Shown: positions 1-10,242 of the stretch, piece after piece
How positions within the stretch are numbered: the first letter of the stretch is position 1
Layout: each line of letters begins with the position of its first letter
Origin: Wallemia ichthyophaga EXF-994
Taxonomy: Eukaryota; Fungi; Basidiomycota
Reading direction: 5' to 3'
Length of the DNA: 32,000 nucleotides
Assembly (NCBI RefSeq): GCF_000400465.1
Contig: NW_008806278.1
Coordinates: forward strand, 512,190-544,189
Program-made: the position numbers and the translations under genes
The notes under the pieces: generated by a model
Told to the model about the DNA's origin: nothing
Database searches by the model: none
Seen by the model: the letters and a program-made list of their open reading frames with translations, nothing else

Positions 1-2151
1 CGTAAAGAACCTCCTAAGGATACGCAGATGCACACCACTGACTACGGCGTTTCTTCCATCACGCAGGAGAAAGATTTGGATGAGTTTCTTAACACGGCCG
101 CTATGGCTGAGACTGAGTTTACGGCTGAGAAAAATAAGAATGTTACAGTTATCCAGCACCCTTCAGTCGCTGGCCACGCCAATCCCTTCCTCCTCTCCCA
201 CGAAGAAGAAGTTCAAGTTAAAAAGAAACATGATTTGAACAGAGATCAGTTGAAGCTCCCACAGCGACCAGAGTGGTCTACCAGTACTACCCCCGCACAG
301 CTTGACAAATCCGAGAGAGAATCCTTTTTGAACTGGCGCAGAGATCTTGCTCTGCTTATTGAGAGCGATGACAGCCTCCTCCTCACTCCCTACGAGCGCA
401 ATCTCAACGTCTGGCGTCAACTTTGGCGTGTCATTGAGCGTTCTCAGCTGGTTGTTCAGATTGTCGACGGTCGTAACCCACAGATGTTCTGGGCGAGGGA
501 TTTAGACCCGTACACACGCAAAATGGGTGCAAAAGAGGTACATTGGCGTACTGAAGGCACTATGCAGGGCGAGGGGAAGCGCTCACTCGTTCTCATCAAT
601 AAGGCTGACTTGCTGGACGTTGAGCAACGCCAAAGATGGGCTGACTATTTCGACGCTCAAGGGATACGCTACGCCTTCTTTTCCGCCCTTAATGCCTCGG
701 AACTCATCGAGCAGCTCCGTGTGGTTAGACAAGTCCGCGATGAAATCCTCAACGCTGATGAGGTCGCTGAAGTAGCTGAAGAGCAGGAGCAGCAGAGGAA
801 ACAGCTTGAGGTGCAGGATATAGTGGAGTCTGCGGGGTTGGATGGGTTAAAGGGGGAGGAGCAGAAACACCCACACTCACAGGATCACTCACACCCACCA
901 CACCACCCTCCCATCGAATCCGCAGAAGGTTACGTCTCCCATGCACGTGGTCTGCCAGTTAATGTCGACGAGGCCATCAACGCCGTCGAGAAGCTGAAGA
1001 CGGGTGAAGAAGTTGGTGACCAAGGTGACGGCAAGGCACACAATCAAGACACAGTAGCAGCCGAATCCACAACTCCAGCACCACCACCTTCTCAACAAAG
1101 CGAGCAACGCCGCACGCGAGTGCTCAATATAGTCGAACTCGAGCAGTTATTCATCGACGAAGCGCCCGACCTATCCTATCTCCCCGCCGGGCACAAGCTG
1201 ACAGTGGGTTTAGTTGGGTATCCGAATGTCGGTAAATCCTCAACGCTCAATGCGTTATTGGGAGCTCATCGTGTGAGTGTGTCCAGTACACCAGGTAAGA
1301 CGAAGCACCTGCAGACGCACTTACTCGGTAAATCGCTTGTGTTATGTGATTGTCCAGGATTGGTATTCCCGCAATTTGCTAGCACGCGTGCTGAGCTGGT
1401 ATGCGATGGTGTGTTGCCTATTGACGATATGCGCGACTGGCGCGCACCGCTCGAGTTAGTCGCGCGCCGCGTTCCCCAGAGCGTGCTTGAGGGGTTGTAT
1501 GGTATCAAGATCGATACGCGTGCGGTGGAAGATGGAGGTGATGGCGTGCCTACTGCTGAAGAACTAGCAACGGCATTCGCAGGTGAGTAGCACGTTTCAC
1601 TTGCACTCTTAGAACACTCCCCACTAACATCTTGCTCAGTCGCTCGCGGTTTCACTCGCCAGGGCAGCTCAGGTGGAAATCCAGACGAGCAGCGCGCGGC
1701 GCGTATCATACTGAAGGACTACATCAACGCCAAACTCGTTTTCTGCCATCCCCCACCGGGCGTAAGTGCGGATGAGTTCAACGCAGCCATGCGCAGACGC
1801 TTGCAAGCCCGTGCGAGAGCACTCGGTCGTCGTCTCATCGGCTCTGAGCAAGGCAAGGTGCAGTCGATGAAGGGCGCCAGTCACGCTCGCTCCCTCGATC
1901 ACACCTTCTTTCAGAAAAACCCGGCGAAACTCACCCCTACCCTCGCAGGCAAAGCTGCAGAGCAGCACGGGGATTTCTCACGCGTTAATATGTATCCTCA
2001 TCAAGGCATCGTCGCTGATGACGGTACCCTCCTTAAAGGCAGGAAAGCTAAACAGGCCATGGCGGATGCAGGTATTGATGTCGCCAGCAGTAAGAAACAT
2101 TTCAAGGGTGGTAAGCGCGTCAAGAAGAGATCTGGAGCGGGGTATGACTAG
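1..2151 (+). CDS. LSG1: Large-subunit GTPase 1 (circularly permuted 60S export/maturation GTPase), 5'-partial
   Basis: Motifs LLTPYERNLNVWRQLWRVIERS, QIVDGRNP, G4 NKAD, G1 GYPNVGKSS, G2 TPGKTKH, G3 DCPG. Intron 1583-1639 (GTGAGT...ACTAAC...CAG, 57 nt) joins to VARGFTRQG...RAARIILKDYINAKL and ends at TAG 2151. The frame is open from base 1, so the true start is probably upstream of the window. Confidence 0.95.
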
Positions 2152-2234
2152 ATTACAGCACATTTACATTTGCACATATAATGAGATGAGATGACTATAG
2201 AATCTATCACTTTTATTTATACTATAATGCCTGC

Positions 2235-3611
2235 TTATATTCTCGTGTTTATCCGTCTCAAAAGGGTGGCAGCCGAGAAGAGGGCAAACGCCACAGCGGC
2301 AACGGCGAGGGGTTTTCTGAGAGCATTGAAGAGGGAGAGTGAGTAAACGATTGTGACGTCGCCGTTGTGCGCATCAGAAGTGTTGTGCTTGGAGAGTACG
2401 ACGGTGTTTCTGCCGATGGTATCGAGGTACGAGGTCGTAGTTTCGTACTGCACATCCACCTCGAATGGAACGTACACGCTGTGTACCTGAGCACCCTCGG
2501 GAAGAATGATGCGAGTGGTGTGCCTGTCGACGGCAACATCCTCGGGAGTGCTGCTGAATGGGATGCTCAATCTGGTTGTACCGTCGCGAGCCAGCTTAGC
2601 AGCAAACCTCAGGCTATTCTCCCAGCCGATACTGAACGAGTATTTCCACCCGCCCATCAGTGGATAGCGTGGCTTGAGCTGTAAGAGGGAGTGCGAGGAG
2701 TGACCATCGCCCTGCTTGTAGTGGCTAGTAGTGACATTGCCGATCTGGTCAACGAAGAAAACTTCCTCAGAGAGCGCTGGTAGGCGGACACTAAGCATTG
2801 TGGCGATATTCGTGGGCAACACGTTCAAAAAGGTCTGGGCTTGATGGGTTAGACGCGTGAACTGGCCTTTGAGAGAAGGACCGTTGTTGCGCACGACGAT
2901 ATCGTCTCTAAAGCTCACCACATTCCCCCAGTGACTGACCTGGGCACTCCTCTCACTCACCTCATACTTCAATCTCGGGCCAGCAGCTTCGTAGAGTATC
3001 TCAATGTGGTCTGTAGGGATTGAGTAGGGAGCTACGTCCATCCACGGCCCATATACCATACTACCGCCGTTCTTGGTCGTCTTGCTGTCGTCATGCGTCA
3101 TGCCATATCGGTGTATTTTGGAGGTGGGTGCGCGCACTTTAACGCGCATTTCGTTAGTGTGATACGGGGTAACGACGTGTGTGTATGTCTTGAAGGAGAG
3201 TGAGTAGGCGAGGTCGTCCTGGGTGAGCTGGGATGGTAGTGGAGTGCTTGGGTTGTTGAGAGAGATAGAGAGTACTAGAGTGAGCTGTGGTGTGTTGGGT
3301 GGGAGTTGAACTGCGAGCCTCTTGAAATTATAGGGTTGAACATATGAATCACCGTTCAACCACGTGTAGGGGAGTTGTTCGCCGGATTCTTTGAGAGAGA
3401 CGGAGAGATGAGACAGCTGATCAAACTCATTAGGGCTAATGAGAATGTCGTATGTACCGTCATCCACCCCGCTAACGTGATAAGTAGTGGTTGAGTGTGC
3501 AGTTGAGTGGAATAGCTTTGTGGATTTAACTATATTATCATTTACAGTTGCTGCTAATGCTGAAATATTAACAAATAATATTAACCCCAACACGCTCAAC
3601 AGATTATTCAT
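2235..3611 (-). CDS. OST1: Oligosaccharyltransferase subunit 1 (ribophorin I)
   Basis: 458-aa single ORF with a hydrophobic signal peptide, ribophorin I motifs (VSHWGN, LKGQFTR, DQIGNVTTS, PRYPLMGGWKYSF, RIILPEGA, TSYLDTIGR) and a C-terminal TM segment. Confidence 0.93.
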   Translation of the reverse strand: MNNLLSVLGLILFVNISALAATVNDNIVKSTKLFHSTAHSTTTYHVSGVDDGTYDILISPNEFDQLSHLSVSLKESGEQLPYTWLNGDSYVQPYNFKRLAVQLPPNTPQLTLVLSISLNNPSTPLPSQLTQDDLAYSLSFKTYTHVVTPYHTNEMRVKVRAPTSKIHRYGMTHDDSKTTKNGGSMVYGPWMDVAPYSIPTDHIEILYEAAGPRLKYEVSERSAQVSHWGNVVSFRDDIVVRNNGPSLKGQFTRLTHQAQTFLNVLPTNIATMLSVRLPALSEEVFFVDQIGNVTTSHYKQGDGHSSHSLLQLKPRYPLMGGWKYSFSIGWENSLRFAAKLARDGTTRLSIPFSSTPEDVAVDRHTTRIILPEGAQVHSVYVPFEVDVQYETTTSYLDTIGRNTVVLSKHNTSDAHNGDVTIVYSLSLFNALRKPLAVAAVAFALFSAATLLRRINTRI

Positions 3612-3662
3612 GCTCGTCGTTTAAATTATAGCTGTGAATTCCCCTCTCACTCCTAAACAACC

Positions 3663-5682
3663 ATGTGTGAGTTGGTAGACATACGCGTTAATTGCTCAAC
3701 TCATTGGAATTTTCAGCAGGATTCTCATTTGGCGGTAATAGTGCGGGTGCATTTGGTGGAGGCCAGCAGCAGCAGCAGCAGCAACCACAGCAACAACAAC
3801 AGGGATTCAGCTTCGGTGCACAACCACCATCACAACCACAATCAAATACACCAGCAAAGCCATCTCTCTTTGGCAACCAGGGATCCACCACTCCAGCTGC
3901 ACCCCCACCAGCAAACAACACCTTCTCCTTCGGTAACAGCCAGTCAACCACCCCATCATCTGGCTTTGGTGGTTTCAGTGGCTTCGGTAAGCCAGCAGAA
4001 AATCCAAGCACGCCTGGTGCAGGTGGTAGTGGTGGTTTGTTCGGTGGAAACGCAGGTGGTAGCGCATTCGGCAGCACACAACCATCCTCACAACCTTCAT
4101 CAACCACCCCTTCCACTACTCCAGCTGCCCCTTCTTCTGGTGGTTTCAACTTGGGTGCTATGGGTTTTGGTAATACCCCCAAACCAGAGGAAAAGAAGGA
4201 GGCACCTAAACCAGGTGGTTTTACTTTCGGTGGTCTTGGAATGGGAAGCAAGCCCGGTGAGTTGCGCGCTATACACATTAAATACTCTTCTCACTCTCTA
4301 CTCTCGCAGAGGAGAAGAAAGATGACGCGCCTAAACCTAGCTTGTTCGGTGGTGGAGCTTTTGGTAAGCCTGAAGAGAAGAAGGAGGAGAGCAAGCCATC
4401 AGGTAGTGGAGGCGGTGGTTTCTCTTTCGGCAGCGGCGGCTTCGGCAAGCCAGACGAGAAGAAGGATGATGCACCAAAACCTGCGCCCAGTGGTGGATTC
4501 TCCTTGAGTGGTTCTGATAAGGGCAAAGACAAAGAAAAAGAGAAGGATGATACATCCAAACCAGCCGGTGGATTTGGATTTGGAGGTCTCGGTGGACTAG
4601 GCGCACCTAAACCTGCAGAGGCACCTAAACCTGCTACTTCTGGTGGATTTACATTTGGTGGTGCCCCTGCCAAGCCCTCTGAAGAGAAAAAGGACGATGC
4701 AGCTAAGGCGTCGAATCCATCACAGTCCAACCCCTCACAACCTGCCAAACCAACTGGTGGATTTTCGTTCGGCGGTACACCTGCCAAACCCACTGAAGAG
4801 AAGAAGGACGACGCGGCTAAACCGGCTGCACCTGCCGCACCTGCACCTGGTGGATTCTCTTCATTCAAACTCGGCGGAGAGAACAAAGACGCAGATAAGG
4901 AAAAGGAGAAAGAAACAAAAGATCCACTCTCAGTGAGTGCACTAGGGAAATCCACACCAGGCAATTCCACAACCACAAGCAACGCCGTTAAAGCATCACC
5001 CACGCCATCACTCCTGCGCAACAAAACGCTCGACGAAATCACTCATCGCTGGACAGGCGAACTCGAAACCCAGCAGAAGGATTTCAACAAGATAGGTCAC
5101 GAGGTAAAAGCGTGGGATGGGGTACTACGTCAGAATGCAGAGCAAATATCGCGTATATACAACCAAACAGTACAAGCTGAGCAGACTCAGCTGGGTGTTG
5201 ACCAATCGCTCGACTACATAGAAGCTCAGCAGCGTGAACTCGACGTCGTGCTAACCAGGTATGAGAAAGAGACGGAGGAGCTGCTCGATGGTGGAGAGAA
5301 CGTTGGCTTAGGTGTTGGTGTGGCTGATAACGAACGCACCAAATCTTACACTCTTGCTGAGACGGTCAACGATGAACTCGATGACCTCAGCAGAAATCTG
5401 TCGACTATGATCGACGAAATTAATCTCCTCTCAGGCGGCGTTGGAGCTAAAGAGGAAACTACTAAACAGGAGGATGTGATTGGACAGATCGCTGCTATAC
5501 TTAATGCTCACCTTAGCTCCCTTCAATGGATAGATGGCACGTCTAACAACCTCGTCGAGAGAGTCAAAGAGCTCGATGGTGTTGTTGGAGGTATTCAAAC
5601 CAAGAAGGAGTATGACGGTGGATTGAATAAGAGTAGCAATGCGTTACCGAGAAGAGGAGGATTTGGCATGAGTTTGGTGTAA
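3663..5682 (+). CDS. NSP1: FG-nucleoporin Nsp1/Nup62
   Basis: Exons 3663-3666 (ATGT), 3717-4256 and 4310-5682; introns 3667-3716 and 4257-4309 (both GTGAGT...CAG). Spliced product begins MSGFSFGG, has many FSFG/FTFG repeats with KPEEKKDD spacers, and a C-terminal Nsp1_C coiled coil (LRNKTLDEITHRWTGELETQQKDF...WD..L..N...I). Confidence 0.93.
3763..3802 (+). repeat. (CAG)7/CAA poly-glutamine microsatellite within NSP1
   Basis: cagcagcagcagcagcagcagcaaccacagcaacaacaacag encodes QQQQQQQQPQQQQQ. Confidence 0.85.
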
Positions 5683-5761
5683 CAATTCTAATATTATACA
5701 TTATACATTGAAGATATTTACATGATCCAGTCGAGTTAAGAGTATTAAGCAAGTGTCAAGC

Positions 5762-6433
5762 TCAAAACATTGATTCATCCACAGGGATTTCAGCGAAAAG
5801 TGAGTAGTTGATTTGTTTCCATGGTTCTGTTGGTTCTAAACCTAGTTCTTCACCTTTTTCACCTTTTTTTTCACTTTCTTCTAAACCACCTTCCACAAGC
5901 CCTTCAACCAGCTCAGTCTCCGATTTAAGGGAAAATTCGTTGAGCTTGTTGTAGGTTGGTGAGCTGATGATGCTGTGAGAGGGGAGCGATGAGTGGGGTG
6001 ATGAGATGGGTGATGAAAGGTGTCGATGTTTAGTTGCCTTTACCGGTCTGTTTCCGCTAAGTGAATGTGAGACCGTATACTCACTATCGTCATCGCTCTG
6101 TTTCAGATTGCTTCTCTTTTTCGCCTTATTCGATGGTGCAAGGGGTAAAGGACTACTGAATACATCATCCTCAGTAAACTCCTGACAACTCCTAGCGTAC
6201 GACAAAGATTTAGTAGCAATGGTGAAAATTTTTGGTGTAGCAGGTGGATGTATGTGTGTATATAGCTGCTGTTGTTGTTGGATATCTTGGTTAGGTGAGG
6301 AGGTGGGTGTGTAGCGTTTAGAAGAGGAGCCTAGATGATTGAAGTGATTTGGATTGTTGTAGGGACTAATGAAGTGATTGTCAACTGCAGTTGAACGAGT
6401 TGGAGATAATTTCGGTGTTTTTGGTGGTTTCAT
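5762..6433 (-). CDS. Hypothetical Ser/Pro-rich low-complexity protein (223 aa)
   Basis: ATG-initiated 223-aa ORF filling the gap between NSP1 and the next gene; no recognisable domain; basic patch KAKKR. Confidence 0.6.
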   Translation of the reverse strand: MKPPKTPKLSPTRSTAVDNHFISPYNNPNHFNHLGSSSKRYTPTSSPNQDIQQQQQLYTHIHPPATPKIFTIATKSLSYARSCQEFTEDDVFSSPLPLAPSNKAKKRSNLKQSDDDSEYTVSHSLSGNRPVKATKHRHLSSPISSPHSSLPSHSIISSPTYNKLNEFSLKSETELVEGLVEGGLEESEKKGEKGEELGLEPTEPWKQINYSLFAEIPVDESMF

Positions 6434-6448
6434 GGAAACAAGGAATTT

Positions 6449-6550
6449 AATAGGGATGTCTAGTAAGTAAATAGGGGTGACTAGTAATTTAGTAGGATGA
6501 CTATTACTTTAATAGGGATATTTATCAAGTTAATAGAAAGTCTGATAGTT
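6449..6550. repeat. Degenerate 20-21-bp tandem minisatellite, about 5 units
   Basis: Units: aatagggatgtctagtaagta / aataggggtgactagtaattt / agtaggatgactattacttt / aatagggatatttatcaagtt / aatagaaagtctgatagtt. Confidence 0.6.
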
Positions 6551-6661
6551 AAGAAGAATGACTAGTAAATTCCAAGTAAAAATAAAAAAATAATAGAAGT
6601 AGAATATATTGATGTTGGTTGAAGAACACAAACGTGACAATCGACGGCCACCTTCTCACCA

Positions 6662-7765
6662 ATGGACAAGACATATAAACACATCAACGATGAATTCATT
6701 AGTAGAGGATATTTAAATAATCCCATTGAATTTAATAAGCTTTCAAATCCAAGTGAGCTATCAAAGTTGTTGTTCCAGTTTTTAGATTTAAAGGCAGATA
6801 ATTTGGAATTAGTTGATAAACTTAAGCAGCAAGATAAGAATAACGATTATGAGCATACTAGGCTGGCTGGTTTGTTAGCTGATTCCAATCAATCCATCAT
6901 CCTCAAGGACCAGCAATTGGCACAGCAGTCTGCTACCATCGATTCACTACAATCCCAATTATCCGATCATTCCCATCTACTCAAGCAATCTCGTCATCAA
7001 CTCAGCCTCTCCAAATCCGTAACTCAATCCATTCAAAAACAAAACATTCAAGATTTGAAGAGAAGAGAGGTGCATGGTACTGGTGCTGGGACTAGTAATG
7101 GCGACAGCCACTCTGATTCTTCCCTCTTTGAACGCACTCTCTACCAATCTCAACAAGCTCAATCAAAACTCACTCAAGAAAACGCTCAATGGAGAGATAC
7201 CTTCAATTTAATCGGTAGTGAGCTGTCGGATCTAACAACTGAGACTACCAAGAGGGTTGAGTTGCTCACTGGTAATGTCATACACATCGACGATTCCACA
7301 AACAGTAAACCACCAACAAAACAAACCAAAGATCGTCTCCTCACCTACCTCAAGACTCTCAAACACTCTATGAAACTTCTTTCTGGTCAGAAAACATTCA
7401 ACTTTGTCGACGACTACGATTTTGAGAAGATAGACGTGTTGAAATCCGAGTATTTGTCCTTGAAGAGTGGCTTGGATGGTTTGTCTGGGGCTAGTATGGC
7501 TCCTGTGGCTCTTGGTGGTGTAGATACCAACATTGCATCTCTACAAGATACACAATCAGAATCAGATTTTTACCCTCGACGCAGCACTAGGCTAAACTTG
7601 AGCGATCTTCAAGCTGAACAGAGGGATGTCGTTGAGGATGAGATCCGTCCACGTAAAGCACCACGTAAAGCAGTCAAAGTCTCCTCTTCTCAATCACTTA
7701 AACGCCGTCCCAGTGCTGCTGCTGGTACGTCCAAACTCGCAGATGTCAGGAGGGTGGATGATTAA
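6662..7765 (+). CDS. Coiled-coil protein, afadin/alpha-actinin-binding (ADIP/SSX2IP/Msd1-like) family candidate
   Basis: 367-aa ORF. N-terminal HINDEFISRGYL and a long coiled coil ending QNIQDLKRRE resemble my recollection of the ADIP domain pattern (N.EL...GF ... HDL+K+E). No database check was possible. Confidence 0.55.
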   Translation: MDKTYKHINDEFISRGYLNNPIEFNKLSNPSELSKLLFQFLDLKADNLELVDKLKQQDKNNDYEHTRLAGLLADSNQSIILKDQQLAQQSATIDSLQSQLSDHSHLLKQSRHQLSLSKSVTQSIQKQNIQDLKRREVHGTGAGTSNGDSHSDSSLFERTLYQSQQAQSKLTQENAQWRDTFNLIGSELSDLTTETTKRVELLTGNVIHIDDSTNSKPPTKQTKDRLLTYLKTLKHSMKLLSGQKTFNFVDDYDFEKIDVLKSEYLSLKSGLDGLSGASMAPVALGGVDTNIASLQDTQSESDFYPRRSTRLNLSDLQAEQRDVVEDEIRPRKAPRKAVKVSSSQSLKRRPSAAAGTSKLADVRRVDD

Positions 7766-7915
7766 ATAGCGCAAATCAGACTTTATGTAGTACACAGCGC
7801 CATTGCATCTTTTGCAGTATGCACACTTGTACCCGCGCACCTCACGCACCTCGCACACTCGCACACCACTTGTAATATTAATCTACTATAATTCTAATCT
7901 GTTGTAATAACCTCT

Positions 7916-8894
7916 TTAGTGTGAGTGTTTGAAGAAAACTGATACAAGTACAGGTGCGAAAATGCCAATGAGATACATGCTCAAAAAGCCTTTCCTATCC
8001 GTAGAGCACTCTAGCTGTTCGGAAGTGGCCTGTGTAGCCACAAAGAGGAAAGTGCCACCCGAGAACAAAAGCGCGTATCCGGGAATACTACCTAGAGCAG
8101 TGCCCAGATTGAGGAGATGGAGTGCAGTATAAGTTGCGAATGCTGAGAATGGGGTTGAGAGGGAGAAAATAACGATGCAGAGTCTATAAAAGGTCCTGCT
8201 CAATTGCGGCACCAAATTTAATAAACTACTGGATAAACCAAGACTAGCAGGTGCTTTGTGCACAGCGATCGCGAGGAACACCACCAAACTCAATCCACCG
8301 CCGTTATCACCGTATGTAGCCGCGCCTAAAGCAACACCGTCGCAAATCGAGTGGATCGTCAAGCCCGCAGTTTTGGAAATGGCCTTGGAAGGTGACGTAT
8401 TGATTGTAGAAATCGGGCGTAGGGGGGTGTAAGAGCGCATTCTACGTGGCGCATGGGCGTGGTTGTGGCCATTCGAATGACCCTCTTCGGCGTGCTCGTC
8501 GTGCTCGCGCTCATCGTGCTGGACATCTTGTTTACCATGCGAATGGGTATTATGCGGCGCTATGAGCGTATCTATAAGCAGCATCATAACAAATCCAGTA
8601 GTGGTAAGTATACCTATTTTCCGTGAGGCTGTTTCCGTGCTGCTCGAATGCTCATAAATGCTCTCGACGCCCCTAAAGCGTAATCAGCCGGGAATAATAT
8701 CATATCTCAGACGCCACCCACTCTGGTATAACAATTCCCAACGCACTGCCAACGAGCAGTCCAGCGCCGAGCGTCGCAAGCTTGATAATGTTCTCCTGTC
8801 GAACTTTGAATATTTGCGGTGAGAGCGCTGCGAGGAGGCTACCGAGAGTGATACAGATGCAGATAAGCAGCAGATGTAAGCTGCGAGAGGACAT
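7916..8894 (-). CDS. ZIP-family metal transporter (ZIP9/Atx2-type)
   Basis: Exons 8894-8722 and 8672-7916; intron 8673-8721 (GTGGGT...TAG, 49 nt). Motifs LGAGLLVGSALGIVIPEGV, His-rich loop, GLTIHSICDGVALG, AIAVHKAPAS, SGGTFLFVAT. Confidence 0.9.
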
Positions 8895-8950
8895 GGTGGT
8901 ACAGGTGAGAGAGAAGACCGCACCAGTCCTCTTGATAGAATACACCCACA

Positions 8951-10048
8951 ATGTCCCAACCTCAACGGGTACAATCTCAGACAGATTCTCAGTCACAGCC
9001 ACAGCCCCTCCAAATTCCGCCGGCGGAACTCCTCGCAGAATACTCCGCTTGGACCGTCCAAGCCCCGATGGTGCGCTACAGCAAGCTGCCTTTCCGGGAG
9101 TTGTGTGGGGGATACAACACCCACATAACTTACACACCCATGATGCTGTCTACTGAATTTTCCCGCAGCGAGTATGCTCGTGCGTCTGATTTCTCTACTT
9201 CGTCAAGCGAACGAGGTGTATTTGAGCTGCGAAGGAGACGCACTGCGGGATGGCACGATGAGGCTTTCGAAAAACACTCACAACTTACACGCGGTGCTCT
9301 CATCGCTCAATTCGCTGCCAGCGAGCCTGTCCCCTTCATGCAGTCTGCTGAACTTATAGCGCCGTATGTCGACGCTATCGATCTCAACACTGGTTGTCCG
9401 ACCAGTTGGGCATACGCGGAGGGAATTGGTGGCGCCCTCCTACGTCGTCCGGAGACTGTGCGCGATATCATTCGCACTACCCACGATAGACTCGGTAGCT
9501 CTCTCCCCGTAACCGTTAAAATACGCATCGATCAGGATGAAAAGAGGACTGAGCAGCTCATTCGCAATGCTGTCGCTGCCGGTGTGTCGCTCGTCGGTAT
9601 ACACGGTCGTTATAGGACACAGGCTTCCACCTCTCCTGTCAATTTAGATGGCGTTCGTCTCGCGCAGTCCTTTTCTGATGTACCCACCATCTCCAATGGT
9701 GACGCTTGGTCGCTCGATGAAAGCTTGCGCATTAGAGATGTCACCGGCTGCAATGGCGTCATGAGCGCTCGCGGTATTCTTTCCAACCCAGCCATGTTTG
9801 CGGGGTATAATGAGACACCGATGGAATGCGTTGATGTAGGTTTGTTATTTGCTATCTCACTTCCCTTCTAATAGCACTCTCAGAAATTCATAAACCTAGC
9901 CATCGCATATGGACTGCCTTTCCCACTCTTCCACCGCCATTTAGCCTATATGCTTGAAAGTCGGATGTCTAAGTCTCAACGCTTATCGTGGCATACTCTG
10001 CACAGCATACCGGGTGCACTAGACTGGATCCATGAGCAGCCATTATAG
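8951..10048 (+). CDS. DUS4: tRNA-dihydrouridine(20a/20b) synthase
   Basis: APMVRYSKLPFR, YTPM, LNTGCP (catalytic Cys), VKIRI, IHGR, NGD, MSARG. Intron 9836-9883 (GTAGGT...CTAAT...CAG) joins KFINLAIAYGLPFPLFHRHLAYML...; stop TAG at 10048. Confidence 0.9.
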
Positions 10049-10242
10049 ATAATTTGATTAAATCAAATGTATTGTATTGTAAAGTATATAGAACATAAAT
10101 ATTCGCAAAAATAAATTAATTACTAAGTTTGTATAGTAATGAGGATTTGGGGAATATAACGAGTGTGTTATTCTGAGTGATTGAGTGCGTGAGTGCGAGT
10201 GAGTGGATATATTCCATGCATTCCTTATAAGTCTAGATCAAC

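Noticed and set aside
4278-5042. 254-aa and 196-aa minus-strand ORFs over NSP1
   Set aside because: Antisense shadows of low-complexity FG-repeat coding sequence.
8892-8950. Plus-strand ATG sharing the CATG palindrome with the ZIP start codon; a 34-nt GT-AG intron (8905-8938) would put it in frame with DUS4
   Set aside because: 34 nt is well below the 45-57 nt range of every other intron here, and there is no properly spaced branch point.
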